From Candidatus Krumholzibacteriia bacterium (GTDB lineage: Bacteria > Krumholzibacteriota > Krumholzibacteriia > Krumholzibacteriales > Krumholzibacteriaceae): a DNA stretch of 64,000 nucleotides. Location: contig CAWIIQ010000001.1 of NCBI GenBank assembly GCA_963836185.1, positions 1,184,001-1,248,000 on the forward strand, in the 5' to 3' direction. Position numbers and translations under genes: made by a program. Under the pieces are notes generated by a model. That model was not told the origin of the DNA and ran no database searches. It saw only the letters and a program-made list of their open reading frames with translations. The number at the start of each line of letters is the position of its first letter. Positions within the stretch are counted from its first letter, which is position 1. Shown here piece after piece: positions 1 to 9,709 of the stretch.

Positions 1-1077
1 CTCAGATGCCTCACTCGCCGGGATCGTAAAGACGGTCGCGTCGACCTTGCCCGGCAGGTCGGCCGGCGACCTGAAGGCCCGGCACCCTTCGATCTCTTCG
101 GCCTCTGGATGTATCAGGTAGATCTTCTCCCGGGGTATCTTCTCCGAGGCGGCGAGATTCTTCAGTATGACCCGGCCCATGTTTACTTTGTTCGCCGAGG
201 CTCCGATCACGAGCATGCTCGCAGGACGCAGCAGCCTGTCGATCTTCTCTTGTGGCGCATCGTCCCTGCTTCCCTTGATCTTCGAGAGCTTCATCATCGC
301 GTCGAGAGGGACGAGCCCTCCGCTGCCTGTTATCTGCAGCGGATTGACCTCGAGCTCTTCTATGGTGACGGGGGTCCAGCCTGACAGGGGCGAGAAATTC
401 GCCGCGAGGGTGGCGAACCTGCGAACCGCATCGATGAAGGTCCCCGGCTCGAGCATCGGCTTCGAGGATACCCTCGTCTGCCCCGAGATCATCGGGAAGA
501 ATGTCGTCCCGGCGAGCGCACCTTCGACGAACTCCCTGTCGGAGCACATCGAAGCGGCTATGACACGCAGCCCGCGGTCCTTTTTCAGCCCCGCGTTCCA
601 GACCTCGGTCCCCGTTCCTCCCAGGCCGGCGGCGACGATGGGGCCGAAGGCCCTGTCCTGTCTGAGCGAGAGGAGGAGCTGCCTCGGGACCGAATCATCG
701 ATATCGAGGCAGCGGGCCACGAGCATGCCGGAGAGCTCCACCCCGAGCTTTGCGGCGATTGCTTCGAAATCCGAGAAGACCGTCCGGAGCGTCCCGGCTG
801 ATTTTTCCGTGAACTTGATTCCGTCGTGCTCGGTGCGGTGCACGACCTGGGGTGAGATGAACTTGCAGACGACCTTCTCACCGGGAAGGGAGGAGAGCGC
901 CTGTTCGTCGATCTGGTCCGGCGATGTCAGGAAAACGGTCTCCGGCGTCTCGAATCCGAGCAGGTTGAGAACGGCGTAGACCTCGTCCTCACGGGGGATC
1001 TCCCTGCCGTCGTCGAGGATGCCGAGGAGAATCTCTTCGATCGCGGAAAGGACCAGCTGCCAGATCGAATTATCCAT
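1..1077 (-). CDS. Acetate/acyl-CoA ligase (ADP-forming) family protein, ATP-grasp plus CoA-binding domain; runs off the window edge
   Basis: Absent from the ORF track because it has no stop in the window. Manual translation from ATG 1077 (GGAG upstream) gives MDNSIWQLV..., the ATP-grasp motifs 'QDRAFGPIVAAGLGG' and 'IEELEVNPL', then the CoA-binding motif 'LLRPASMLVIGASANKVNMGRVILKNL'. Confidence 0.85.
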   Translation of the reverse strand, partial: MDNSIWQLVLSAIEEILLGILDDGREIPREDEVYAVLNLLGFETPETVFLTSPDQIDEQALSSLPGEKVVCKFISPQVVHRTEHDGIKFTEKSAGTLRTVFSDFEAIAAKLGVELSGMLVARCLDIDDSVPRQLLLSLRQDRAFGPIVAAGLGGTGTEVWNAGLKKDRGLRVIAASMCSDREFVEGALAGTTFFPMISGQTRVSSKPMLEPGTFIDAVRRFATLAANFSPLSGWTPVTIEELEVNPLQITGSGGLVPLDAMMKLSKIKGSRDDAPQEKIDRLLRPASMLVIGASANKVNMGRVILKNLAASEKIPREKIYLIHPEAEEIEGCRAFRSPADLPGKVDATVFTIPASEASE

Positions 1078-1343
1078 CTTTCTCCTCCGATGTCATATCG
1101 AGACAGAGCGCGCTTTTCTGCACGAGCCTTCTATACTTCTCGCACCACAGGGCTATGAATGTATGGCAGGCTCCATCGAGGGAATCCTTCTTAGGAAAAG
1201 ATGCGTGCCGGCAGTCGAGGTCGCACCAGCGAGGCTGTCGCGTCATCCTGTGCCTTTCGATTAATTAAACGTGGAACATTATATGCGAAGGCAATATTCT
1301 TGTCGAACATTATCACCGGACGGCCATGGCCGGGGGAGCTGCG

Positions 1344-3002
1344 ATGACGGACAGACTGTCTATCGAAAAAGAGATCAGGGCCCAGAGGTCGGTTACGAGG
1401 ACTCTGAAGAAGGAGATCTTCGGCCTCGACAAGACCTCGAAGTCTTCGTATATCCGCGAGTTCCATTCAGGACTTTCCACTTACAGGAAGATCTGCTCGA
1501 AAGAAGAGGTCCTCGAAAGGGCCGCTGGCAGCGATATCGTATATTTCGGCGACTACCATCCTCTCGATGCGAGCCAGGAACTGGCGCTCGATCTGCTCGG
1601 CGAGCTGAAAGCGAGAGGTACGAAGGTCGTACTTGCGCTCGAGATGCTTTACGAGTACCAGCAGGAGACACTCGACAGGTGGATGAAGGGCAGTCTCGAT
1701 GAGAAGAAATTTCTCGAGGCGATAGATTACGGGTCGGAGTGGGGGTTCAGCTGGGAGAGTTACAGGCGTTTCTTCGATTCGGCGAAAAAACCGTTCGTGC
1801 CTGTCTTCGGAATCGACTACGAGCCCCGCGACCAGCTTCGCTTCATCCGCCGCAGGGACAGGATGATAGCGCGCAAGATCGCATCCCTGAGGAACTTCTT
1901 CCCCGGACATACGATCCTCGTCGTGATAGGCGAATCACATATCGCTCCTGGCCACCTGCCCGAGGATGTCAGAAAGCTTGTCGGGGGGCGCCTGAAGGAG
2001 ACGACGATCGTCCAGAATGCCGACGAGATCTACTGGAAACTCCTGCGCAAAGGGAGGCAGGATGCCGAGGCGGTGCAGGTAGGCGCGGGGAGGTATTGCG
2101 TCTTCACGGCATCGCCGATGATAAAGTACCAGTCTTACCGCCGCGTGATCGACCTCTGGACCGAGGGCGCCGACTGCGACATCCATACTCCGACGATGGG
2201 GGAGATGTTCGACAACATCCTCAATTTCATAGCGGGAGGGAGGGGATGTCTCGAAGTGACCGCCGGCGAGGACTGGTGCGAGCCTGTCGAGTCGGTCGTC
2301 CCCGAGATCCATTGCGGATCGACGTATAAGTCGATCTCGGCACGCCTTCGCGCCCTCGGCATGTCGCAGAAGGGCGTCCTGGCGGCGGCGGAGAACCTCC
2401 GCCGCTCCGGCATGTGCTACATCCCCGCGGTCAATTCGCTTCAGGTCCAGCGGTTCGACCTCGTATGCGCCGCGCGAGAGGCGGCGAGGTTCATCCTTTA
2501 CGCCATGCGCGACGAGATAGGGCCGGAGCGAAGGATCAGGCGGACGATGGAGGACCGGTTCTATGCCTTCGTATTCGAGGAGGCGCTCTGCACCTTTGGC
2601 GCGAGACTGGTGAATCCAGTGATAAAATGCGGCGGGCCTGGAGAGCTCTTCGGCCTGATGCGGGAGAACGGCTCGGTCACCGGGCCGCTCCCCGGTATGA
2701 CCCTTGCCGAGACGAGAGAAACGGCAGGGATGCTGAGGTATCATGCCGCCCGTGAGAAGACAGGAGCCAGCATGTCGACCGGGAAGATGAAACGCATCCA
2801 CAGGCTCGGCATCAGGAAGAGGCTGTGGATAATAAAAGCTCTCGGCTGGACACTCGGAGACTCTCTGTACACCGGTTTCCACGACGGGAAGGTCTCTCTC
2901 GAGGAGCTCAAGGGGCTCTTCCGCGAGAGGTTCGAAGAGGATGGCGTGGCAGTGCCCCTCTACCTCGAATGGGTAGGCAGGCTGGGCCCCTGGCGCGGCT
3001 GA
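1344..3002 (+). CDS. ChaN/TIKI-superfamily domain protein with long C-terminal extension
   Basis: Motifs 'DIVYFGDYH', 'VVLALEM', 'RDRMIA' and 'LVVIGESH' are typical of the ChaN/TIKI fold. GGGGGAG RBS precedes ATG 1344. Confidence 0.65.
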   Translation: MTDRLSIEKEIRAQRSVTRTLKKEIFGLDKTSKSSYIREFHSGLSTYRKICSKEEVLERAAGSDIVYFGDYHPLDASQELALDLLGELKARGTKVVLALEMLYEYQQETLDRWMKGSLDEKKFLEAIDYGSEWGFSWESYRRFFDSAKKPFVPVFGIDYEPRDQLRFIRRRDRMIARKIASLRNFFPGHTILVVIGESHIAPGHLPEDVRKLVGGRLKETTIVQNADEIYWKLLRKGRQDAEAVQVGAGRYCVFTASPMIKYQSYRRVIDLWTEGADCDIHTPTMGEMFDNILNFIAGGRGCLEVTAGEDWCEPVESVVPEIHCGSTYKSISARLRALGMSQKGVLAAAENLRRSGMCYIPAVNSLQVQRFDLVCAAREAARFILYAMRDEIGPERRIRRTMEDRFYAFVFEEALCTFGARLVNPVIKCGGPGELFGLMRENGSVTGPLPGMTLAETRETAGMLRYHAAREKTGASMSTGKMKRIHRLGIRKRLWIIKALGWTLGDSLYTGFHDGKVSLEELKGLFRERFEEDGVAVPLYLEWVGRLGPWRG

Positions 3003-3134
3003 TACTCCGTGAATCTCCTTTTTTCCTTTGAATTCCAACCGGTTTAGCGGCAGAATCACCGGGATGCGGTTTTGCAGACGCAATCACCGGGCTTCACAGG
3101 CGCACGGCGCCGATACAGGACAGGAGCGCCCGAA

Positions 3135-3497
3135 ATGAACGACGCTAGGGATATCGTAGATCAGACAGTGCTGATCAAGCTGACGAGCTGCGAAGGGATC
3201 GAGTTCACGGGGATCGAGGGCGAAGGCCCCTTCTTCTGCAAGGTCAAGGCGGTCGACGAGGCGGGGATCTGGGTGGAGAACAGGAAGTTCACGACCGTCG
3301 AGCTGCGGGACTCGAGCGGGAGATCGGTGCCTGAGAAGAAGAGGAAGCCGCAGAAGCACACGGTCAATATCCTTTTGCCCTGGAGGACGATACAGACGGT
3401 AATAATGTTCGAGGACGAGGATATCGAGAATCTCGATATCGACGACGAGGCGCTCGGCTCGGACGAGCAGGCGGGAAGGATAGGTTTCATAAAGTAG
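3135..3497 (+). CDS. Small hypothetical protein, possibly Sm/LSm-like beta fold, acidic tail
   Basis: AGGAG RBS, 120 aa, stop 2 nt before the ktrB start. The fold is inferred from 'KVKAVDEAGIWVE...ILLPWRTIQTV'. Confidence 0.6.
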   Translation: MNDARDIVDQTVLIKLTSCEGIEFTGIEGEGPFFCKVKAVDEAGIWVENRKFTTVELRDSSGRSVPEKKRKPQKHTVNILLPWRTIQTVIMFEDEDIENLDIDDEALGSDEQAGRIGFIK

Positions 3498-3499
3498 TC

Positions 3500-4895
3500 A
3501 TGTACGACGTTAAAAGGAACAGTCTAAGGAGAAGGATCAAGAGGAAGATCCAGCGGATGCCTCCCGGCCTCGTCGTGGCTTTGAGTTTCATCCTTACTGC
3601 GGTCATCGGAGCGGTCCTTCTTATGCTCCCCGTCGCTTCTTCCAGTGAGCCTGTGAACGGCCTCGATGCATTCTTTACCGCTGTTTCAGCCGTCTGTGTC
3701 ACAGGGCTTGCCGTGATCGATATAGGAACGAAACTGACACTCTTCGGGAAGATAGTCGTTCTGACGCTTATTCAGGTAGGCGGGCTCGGTATCATGACCT
3801 TCTCCGTCTTCCTCTTCCTCTTCATAGGCAAGAGCCTTGGAACGAAGGAGAGATGGATCATCAACGAGTCGTTTCTGCCGACCCCTATCGTCGATATAAA
3901 ACAGCTGATAAAAATGATATTCGCCTTCACCTTCACGGTGGAGGCTGTTGGAGCGATTTTGCTATTCTTCGTCTGGAGAAGAGAGATGCCGCTGCGAGCC
4001 GGCTATCTTTTCGAGTGTTTTTCACGCCGTCTCATCTTTCTGCAACGCCGGATTCTCTTTCTTTTCCACGAGTTTCATGCAGTATCAGGGAAACATCCTT
4101 CTCAATGTCACGGTGATGAGCTTGATAATACTCGGCGGGCTGGGATTTCCCGTTGTCCACGAGTTCCTGTGGAGGTTCAATCACAGGAAGGACCACAGGC
4201 GCTACCATTTCTCTCTCCACACGAAACTGGTGCTGTGGACTACCGCCGTTCTCATAATAGGCGGTGCGCTTCTGATATTCTTTATAGAGAGAGGGCCCGA
4301 ATGGGAGGTCCTTTCATTTAAGAACAGAGCGCTCGTCTCTCTCTTCCAGTCGGTGACAGCCAGGACCGCCGGTTTCAACACGGTCGAGATCTCCAAGCTC
4401 GAGCCCGCTACGCTCTTTATAATCATCATGCTGATGTTCATCGGAGCGAGCCCCGGTTCTACAGGGGGAGGGATAAAGACGACGACTCTGGCGATATTCG
4501 CTTCGATTATCAGGAGCCGGGTCTCTGGCCGCCAGTCGGTGGGTGTGTTCAGGTTCACGATTCCGGAAGACAAGATCGGGAAGGCGCTCTCCGTCCTCGC
4601 GATGGCGGTCGTCACCGTATCCGTGGGATTGATCCTGCTTCTTGTCTTCCACATGGATATCGCGCACGTGACGGCCAACTTTTTCCTGTCGGCGCTGTTT
4701 GAGACTGTATCGGCTTTCGCTACGGTCGGTCTCTCTATGGGAGTGACGGCGTCGCTTAATCCGGCTGGAAAGATAGTTGTGATCATATTGATGTTCCTCG
4801 GAAGGGTCGGCCTGTTGACAATGGCCTATGTCGTCACCAGCAGGCTGCGGCCGATAACTTACAGGTACGCTGATGGAAGAATCATGATAGGATGA
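3500..4895 (+). CDS. ktrB: TrkH/KtrB potassium uptake membrane subunit (frameshift near 3995)
   Basis: Pore motifs 'SAVCVTGL', 'SSFCNAGF', 'TARTAGF', 'GASPGSTGGGIKTTT' and 'SAFATVGLS' are split over ORFs 3500..4321 and 3948..4895. Confidence 0.92.
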
Positions 4896-4926
4896 TGACG
4901 CGTCCGCGGAGTGAAAGGACACATGA

Positions 4927-5592
4927 ATGGCAAAGAGATTCACAGTGCTGGGACTTGGGAGCTTCGGATTCAGCGTGGCGCAGACGCTGTTCGAGGAGGG
5001 ACATGATGTCATCGCCCTCGACATGGACAACGACCTTGCCCAGAAGATAAGGCCGTTCTGCTCTCAGGCAATAATAGGCGACGCTACACAGAAGGAGATG
5101 CTCGCGACACTTGGTCTCGATGAGATGGATGCCGTAGTGGTCAGCATGGGAGATAATGCGAGCGCCGCGACTCTCGTCACTCTGTATGTCAAGGAACTGG
5201 AGGCCAAGCGGATAGTTGTGAAGGCGTCAGATGCAGATCACGGCAAGATATTGAGAAAAGTGGGCGCCACGCAGGTCATCTTTCCCGAGATGGATATGGC
5301 GGTAAAGGTGGCGAAGAATCTCTCGACTCCCGATGTGCTTGACTTCTTTCCGATGACCGGCAAATACATAATAGCGGAGATAGCGCCTGTACAGGAATTT
5401 GTTGGGAAGACGCTTGCCGAGCTGAAGCTGAGGTCACAGTATAATGTGAACGTCATAGGCATCAAGGAACTGGTACCGGAAAACTTCATCGTAGTTCCAC
5501 CGGCGGATTTCATTATAAAGGACAGCGATGTCCTGCTCGTTATCGGAACACGCGACGATATTAAGAAAATTAAAGCGCTCAACAAGGAATGA
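4927..5592 (+). CDS. ktrA: TrkA/KtrA RCK-domain regulatory subunit
   Basis: GLGSFG Rossmann motif, TrkA-C C-terminus, adjacent to ktrB. Confidence 0.92.
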   Translation: MAKRFTVLGLGSFGFSVAQTLFEEGHDVIALDMDNDLAQKIRPFCSQAIIGDATQKEMLATLGLDEMDAVVVSMGDNASAATLVTLYVKELEAKRIVVKASDADHGKILRKVGATQVIFPEMDMAVKVAKNLSTPDVLDFFPMTGKYIIAEIAPVQEFVGKTLAELKLRSQYNVNVIGIKELVPENFIVVPPADFIIKDSDVLLVIGTRDDIKKIKALNKE

Positions 5593-5669
5593 TCGCGAGG
5601 AGGTCGGTTACGAAGAAGAATGCATGAAATGTCATTTTGCTGGCTTCAACGTCCGTTAATGGAGGAGAT

Positions 5670-6422
5670 ATGAGAAGGATAATCGCGATGGCGATAGCAC
5701 TGATGTTCATAGCGGCGGCGGTCCCGGCTGAAGCGGGATTCGGCATCAAGGTCAAGGGCGGATACACATACATCAGCTACAGTGATTTCAACGACTGGGT
5801 GGACGTGAGCAACAGTGAGATACCGAGCGGGAGCCCCACGCTTGATAACATCAACTGGCTCCCCGAGTTCTCGGCGGAGTTCACGTTTCCCATCGTTCCG
5901 ACATTCTCCGGCGCGGTCGGGATCGGCTACCTCTCCGGCAAATCCGATTACAGCGTGAGCTACGGCACCGAAAGCTTCAGCTATCTGCATGAGGTCAAAG
6001 CGATGCCTGTGCTCCTCAATGTCTACTGGGAGCCTCCGCTCGTATCGATCAATCCTTTCGTATACGGCGGGGTGGGATTCTACAGGACCACCCTCAATTT
6101 CGATTACCGGCTGACCTCCGGAGGGAACACTGAAGGCTTCGAATCGGAGCTGGACAAGTGGGGATTCGGGTTCCAGGCCGGCGGCGGCATCAGGATAGCT
6201 CTGATCCCGACCATCAGCCTCGACATCGGCGCCCAGGGACGCTGGGCCGATATGAGCGGATTCGAGGGTACGACAACGACCAGTGACGGTGAGACGATGG
6301 ATACCTACCTTGCGAAGTATGATGATTATTTCGGTCCCGAGCCCAAGGGCACAGGAGAACCGGAAGGATCTGTCAGCCTCAGCGGATTCACGATGTTTAT
6401 CGGACTTACGTTCGGTTTCTAG
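5670..6422 (+). CDS. Outer-membrane beta-barrel protein
   Basis: GGAGG RBS, signal peptide (AEA cleavage), alternating beta-strand pattern, terminal Phe ('IGLTFGF'). Confidence 0.8.
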   Translation: MRRIIAMAIALMFIAAAVPAEAGFGIKVKGGYTYISYSDFNDWVDVSNSEIPSGSPTLDNINWLPEFSAEFTFPIVPTFSGAVGIGYLSGKSDYSVSYGTESFSYLHEVKAMPVLLNVYWEPPLVSINPFVYGGVGFYRTTLNFDYRLTSGGNTEGFESELDKWGFGFQAGGGIRIALIPTISLDIGAQGRWADMSGFEGTTTTSDGETMDTYLAKYDDYFGPEPKGTGEPEGSVSLSGFTMFIGLTFGF

Positions 6423-6484
6423 TGCGGACATGAAAACGGGCCGGGGGAGAAGTCTCTCTCCAGGTCGCGGAAAAGGCGGGGATA

Positions 6485-7879
6485 ATGCTTTCATCTTTCA
6501 AGAAGTTCCCCAGGACATTCTGGGCGGCCAATACGATCGAGCTCTTCGAGAGGCTGGCCTACTACGGGATGAACATCATCCTCGTCCTCTACCTGACAAG
6601 GAGGGTGGGGTACAGCGTAGAGGCTTCGGCCACGATAACGGGGCTGTTCATATCGGCGCTCTATCTCCTGCCGATACCGACGGGAGCGGTATCGGACAAG
6701 ATCGGATTCAAGAACGGGCTCTTCATAGCCTTCTCCGTCCTTGCCATGGGTTACGGCCTGCTCGGCTTCTTCCCTTCAAAATCGATGGTCCTGTTCTCTC
6801 TCGTCCTGATCGCCATCGGGGGCTCATTCGTCAAGCCGGTGATCTCCGGCACGGTGAAGAAAGCCTCACCTCCGGATCTTTCCAAGCTCGGCTTCTCGAT
6901 CTTCTACATGATCGTCAACGTCGGAGGATTCACCGGCAAGATCGTCGCCAAGCTGCTCAGGCAGAATCTCGGGACGTGGCTCTCGAAGTCGGATTTCGAG
7001 GCGCTGAAGAACTGGGTCGCCGCCAACGTTCCTCCCTTTGAGATGACCGAGGCTCTCGCCTCGAGGGCGGCTGAACAGACGCCGCCTATGACTCCCGAGG
7101 CTTTCATCGATATGCTGAAGTGGCAGGGATTCGGGATGCAGGCGATCTGTGTATTCTCGATGCTGATGGCGCTCGTGGCCCTCGCTCTGGTCGCGCTGAC
7201 GTTCAGGGAGCCGGACAGGACGGACGAGCCGCAGCGGTCGATGGGAAAGACATTCTCCGACATGTTCAGGCTCTTCGGGGACGTGAAGTTCGTCACATTC
7301 ATCCTGATATTCGCCGGGTTCGACCTGATGTTCTGGCAGCTCTACATATCGATACCGAAGTACATAGTGACACACATATCGGAATCGGCTCCGATGGAAC
7401 TGATCGTGGCGATCAACCCGCTGATGATAATCCTCTTCCAGCTCCCCGTCGCGAAGGTCGTGCTGAAGATGAAATCGACGACCACGATGGCTCTGGGAAT
7501 GGGGATCTCGGCGATGGCTATGGTGATGATGGGCCTGCTCCCGACGTTGTGGGGGGCTTGCCTGTCGATAATGCTCTTCGCCCTCGGCGAGATGACATTC
7601 GCGCCGCGCTTCCTCGATTACGTCTCGAACCTCGCGCCGAAGGGCAAGGTCGGGCTCTACCTCGGATTCGCCTACGTCCGGGCGTTTCTCGCCAACATGA
7701 TCGGCGGCCCGCTCGGCGGATTCCTGCTGGCGAGGTACGTTCCCGAAGAGGGGGCACGGGAACCTTGGAAGATGTTCTTCGTCTTCGCCGCTATAGGCGG
7801 AGTGGCTCTTGTAGCACTGTTCCTCTATAACAGGCATTACGGCGAGCAGGAGAAAGACGGGGTGCTGACAGAGGGATGA
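6485..7879 (+). CDS. MFS transporter, POT/PTR (di/tripeptide) like
   Basis: ExxERxxYYG motif 'ELFERLAYYG', 'GFSIFYMIVNVGG', about 12 hydrophobic segments. Confidence 0.85.
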   Translation: MLSSFKKFPRTFWAANTIELFERLAYYGMNIILVLYLTRRVGYSVEASATITGLFISALYLLPIPTGAVSDKIGFKNGLFIAFSVLAMGYGLLGFFPSKSMVLFSLVLIAIGGSFVKPVISGTVKKASPPDLSKLGFSIFYMIVNVGGFTGKIVAKLLRQNLGTWLSKSDFEALKNWVAANVPPFEMTEALASRAAEQTPPMTPEAFIDMLKWQGFGMQAICVFSMLMALVALALVALTFREPDRTDEPQRSMGKTFSDMFRLFGDVKFVTFILIFAGFDLMFWQLYISIPKYIVTHISESAPMELIVAINPLMIILFQLPVAKVVLKMKSTTTMALGMGISAMAMVMMGLLPTLWGACLSIMLFALGEMTFAPRFLDYVSNLAPKGKVGLYLGFAYVRAFLANMIGGPLGGFLLARYVPEEGAREPWKMFFVFAAIGGVALVALFLYNRHYGEQEKDGVLTEG

Positions 7880-9676
7880 TACTCTCGGCGCCCGACATAT
7901 TCGTACTCTCATCCTATCTCATCATCGTGTTCGGTATCGGTATCGCCATGTCCAGGCGGGCGTCGCGCAGCACCGAGGAGTTCTTCGTCTCGGGCCGGTC
8001 GCTGCCCTGGTGGATAGTCGGCACGTCGATGGTGGCGACTACCTTCGCCGCCGACACACCTCTTGTCGTCTCGGGCCTGGTGGCCCAGCGGCGGGATCTT
8101 CAGTAACTGGATGTGGTGGAACTGGGCCTTCGGGGCCGTACTGACCGTCTTTCTCATCGCGCCGCTGTGGAACAAGGCGAGGATCACAACCGACGCCGAG
8201 TTGATCGAGCTGCGCTACGATGGAAAGCCGGCCCGGGGACTGAGGTTCTACCGCGCCGCGTGGTTCGGGATATTCCAGAACGTGCTGGTGCTCGCCTGGG
8301 TGATGCGTGCGATGGCCAAGATAATACTCGTGGTGATGGGCTGGGACTCGGGGACGACGGTGCTCGGTATTCAGGCGGACGTGTTCACGGTGCTGGCACT
8401 CTTTGTCATCGCGGTCACATATACTGCCCTGTCGGGGCTATGGGGCGTAGTCATCACCGACGTCGTCCAGTTCGTCATGGCGATGGCCGGCTCGATCTAT
8501 CTCGCTGTCGCGACTTGGTCGAGGCTGGGCGGGCTCGACGGTATCCTCGAGCGCCTGCCCGGTTCCGGGTTTGACGCGAGGGAAGTGCTGAGAATCCTGC
8601 CCGCCCCGGACAATCTGCTCGCGGCCAACCCGTTCACCGAGTTCCTGCTGCTTATAGTCGTTGTCTGGTGGGCGTCATACCAGGTCGACGGCGGGGGATA
8701 TCTCTCGCAGAGACTCTTCGCCGCTAAGGATGAGCGGCACTCCGTATTCGCCTATCTCTGGTTTTGCGTCGCGCACATATGCCTGCGGCCATGGCCTTGG
8801 ATCATCGTAGGCATCGGGGGGATGGCCCTCTTCGGGCAGGTCGGCGATCCCGAGACCTACTACCCGATGATGATGCGTGAGATTCTGCCGCCCGGGATCT
8901 TCGGCCTCGTCCTGGCCTCTTTTTTCGCCGCGTTCATGTCTACGATAGACACCCAGCTCAACTGGGGATCTTCACTCGTGGTAAACGATCTTCTGCGCCG
9001 ATTCCTGTGGAAAGGGAAGAGCGACCGTAGCTACATGACCGCCGCGCGCCTGTCGGTCCTCGCTCTGGCGGTACTCGGCGCGCTCGCGTCATTCGCTCTC
9101 AATGATATCTCGTTCGCATGGAAGCTGATCATCTCGATAACAGCCGGGATCGGATCGGTCTACATCGCGCGCTGGTACTGGTGGCGGGTCAACGCCTGGT
9201 CGGAGATATCGGCGATGGCCACCGCCGGAGTCTGTACCCTCGTATTCGCGATCATGGCATCGACCGAGAGGTTCGCCGGATCGCCGGTGACGCAGTTTCC
9301 CTACTCGACGGTCATCACCTTCCTGATAGTCGTGCCTGTCTGGCTCACGGTGACGATGTTGACCAGGCCAGTCAGCGACGAGCGCCTCATCGAGTTCTAC
9401 AGGCGGGTCGGGCCGGGCGGCAGGGGCTGGGACCGGATCAGGGCGATGGCGGGGGTGGAGGCGCTGCCTGGGACGGCCCGTCGGACCGCCCTGAAGATCG
9501 TCTCCGGAATCATCCTCGTCTTCTCGACTCTTATCGGGACGGGGAGCCTTATACTCGGAGCGCCGGGGAGAGGGCTCCTGCTCCTCGGGCTGGCAGCAGC
9601 GGCCGGGATCGCACTTTTTCTCCTGATGCGCGGAGAATTGAAACATTCCGGCGGTAATCGTGTATTAGATAAATAA
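7876..9676 (+). CDS. Sodium:solute symporter family protein (frameshift near 8090)
   Basis: 'FFVSGRSLPWW..GTSMVATTFAADTP', 'SGLWGVVITDVVQF', 'QRLFAAKDE', 'AAFMSTIDTQLN'. Confidence 0.9.
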
Positions 9677-9709
9677 ATCGGACCGGACCATTCACCTGAA
9701 GGAGGGCAG

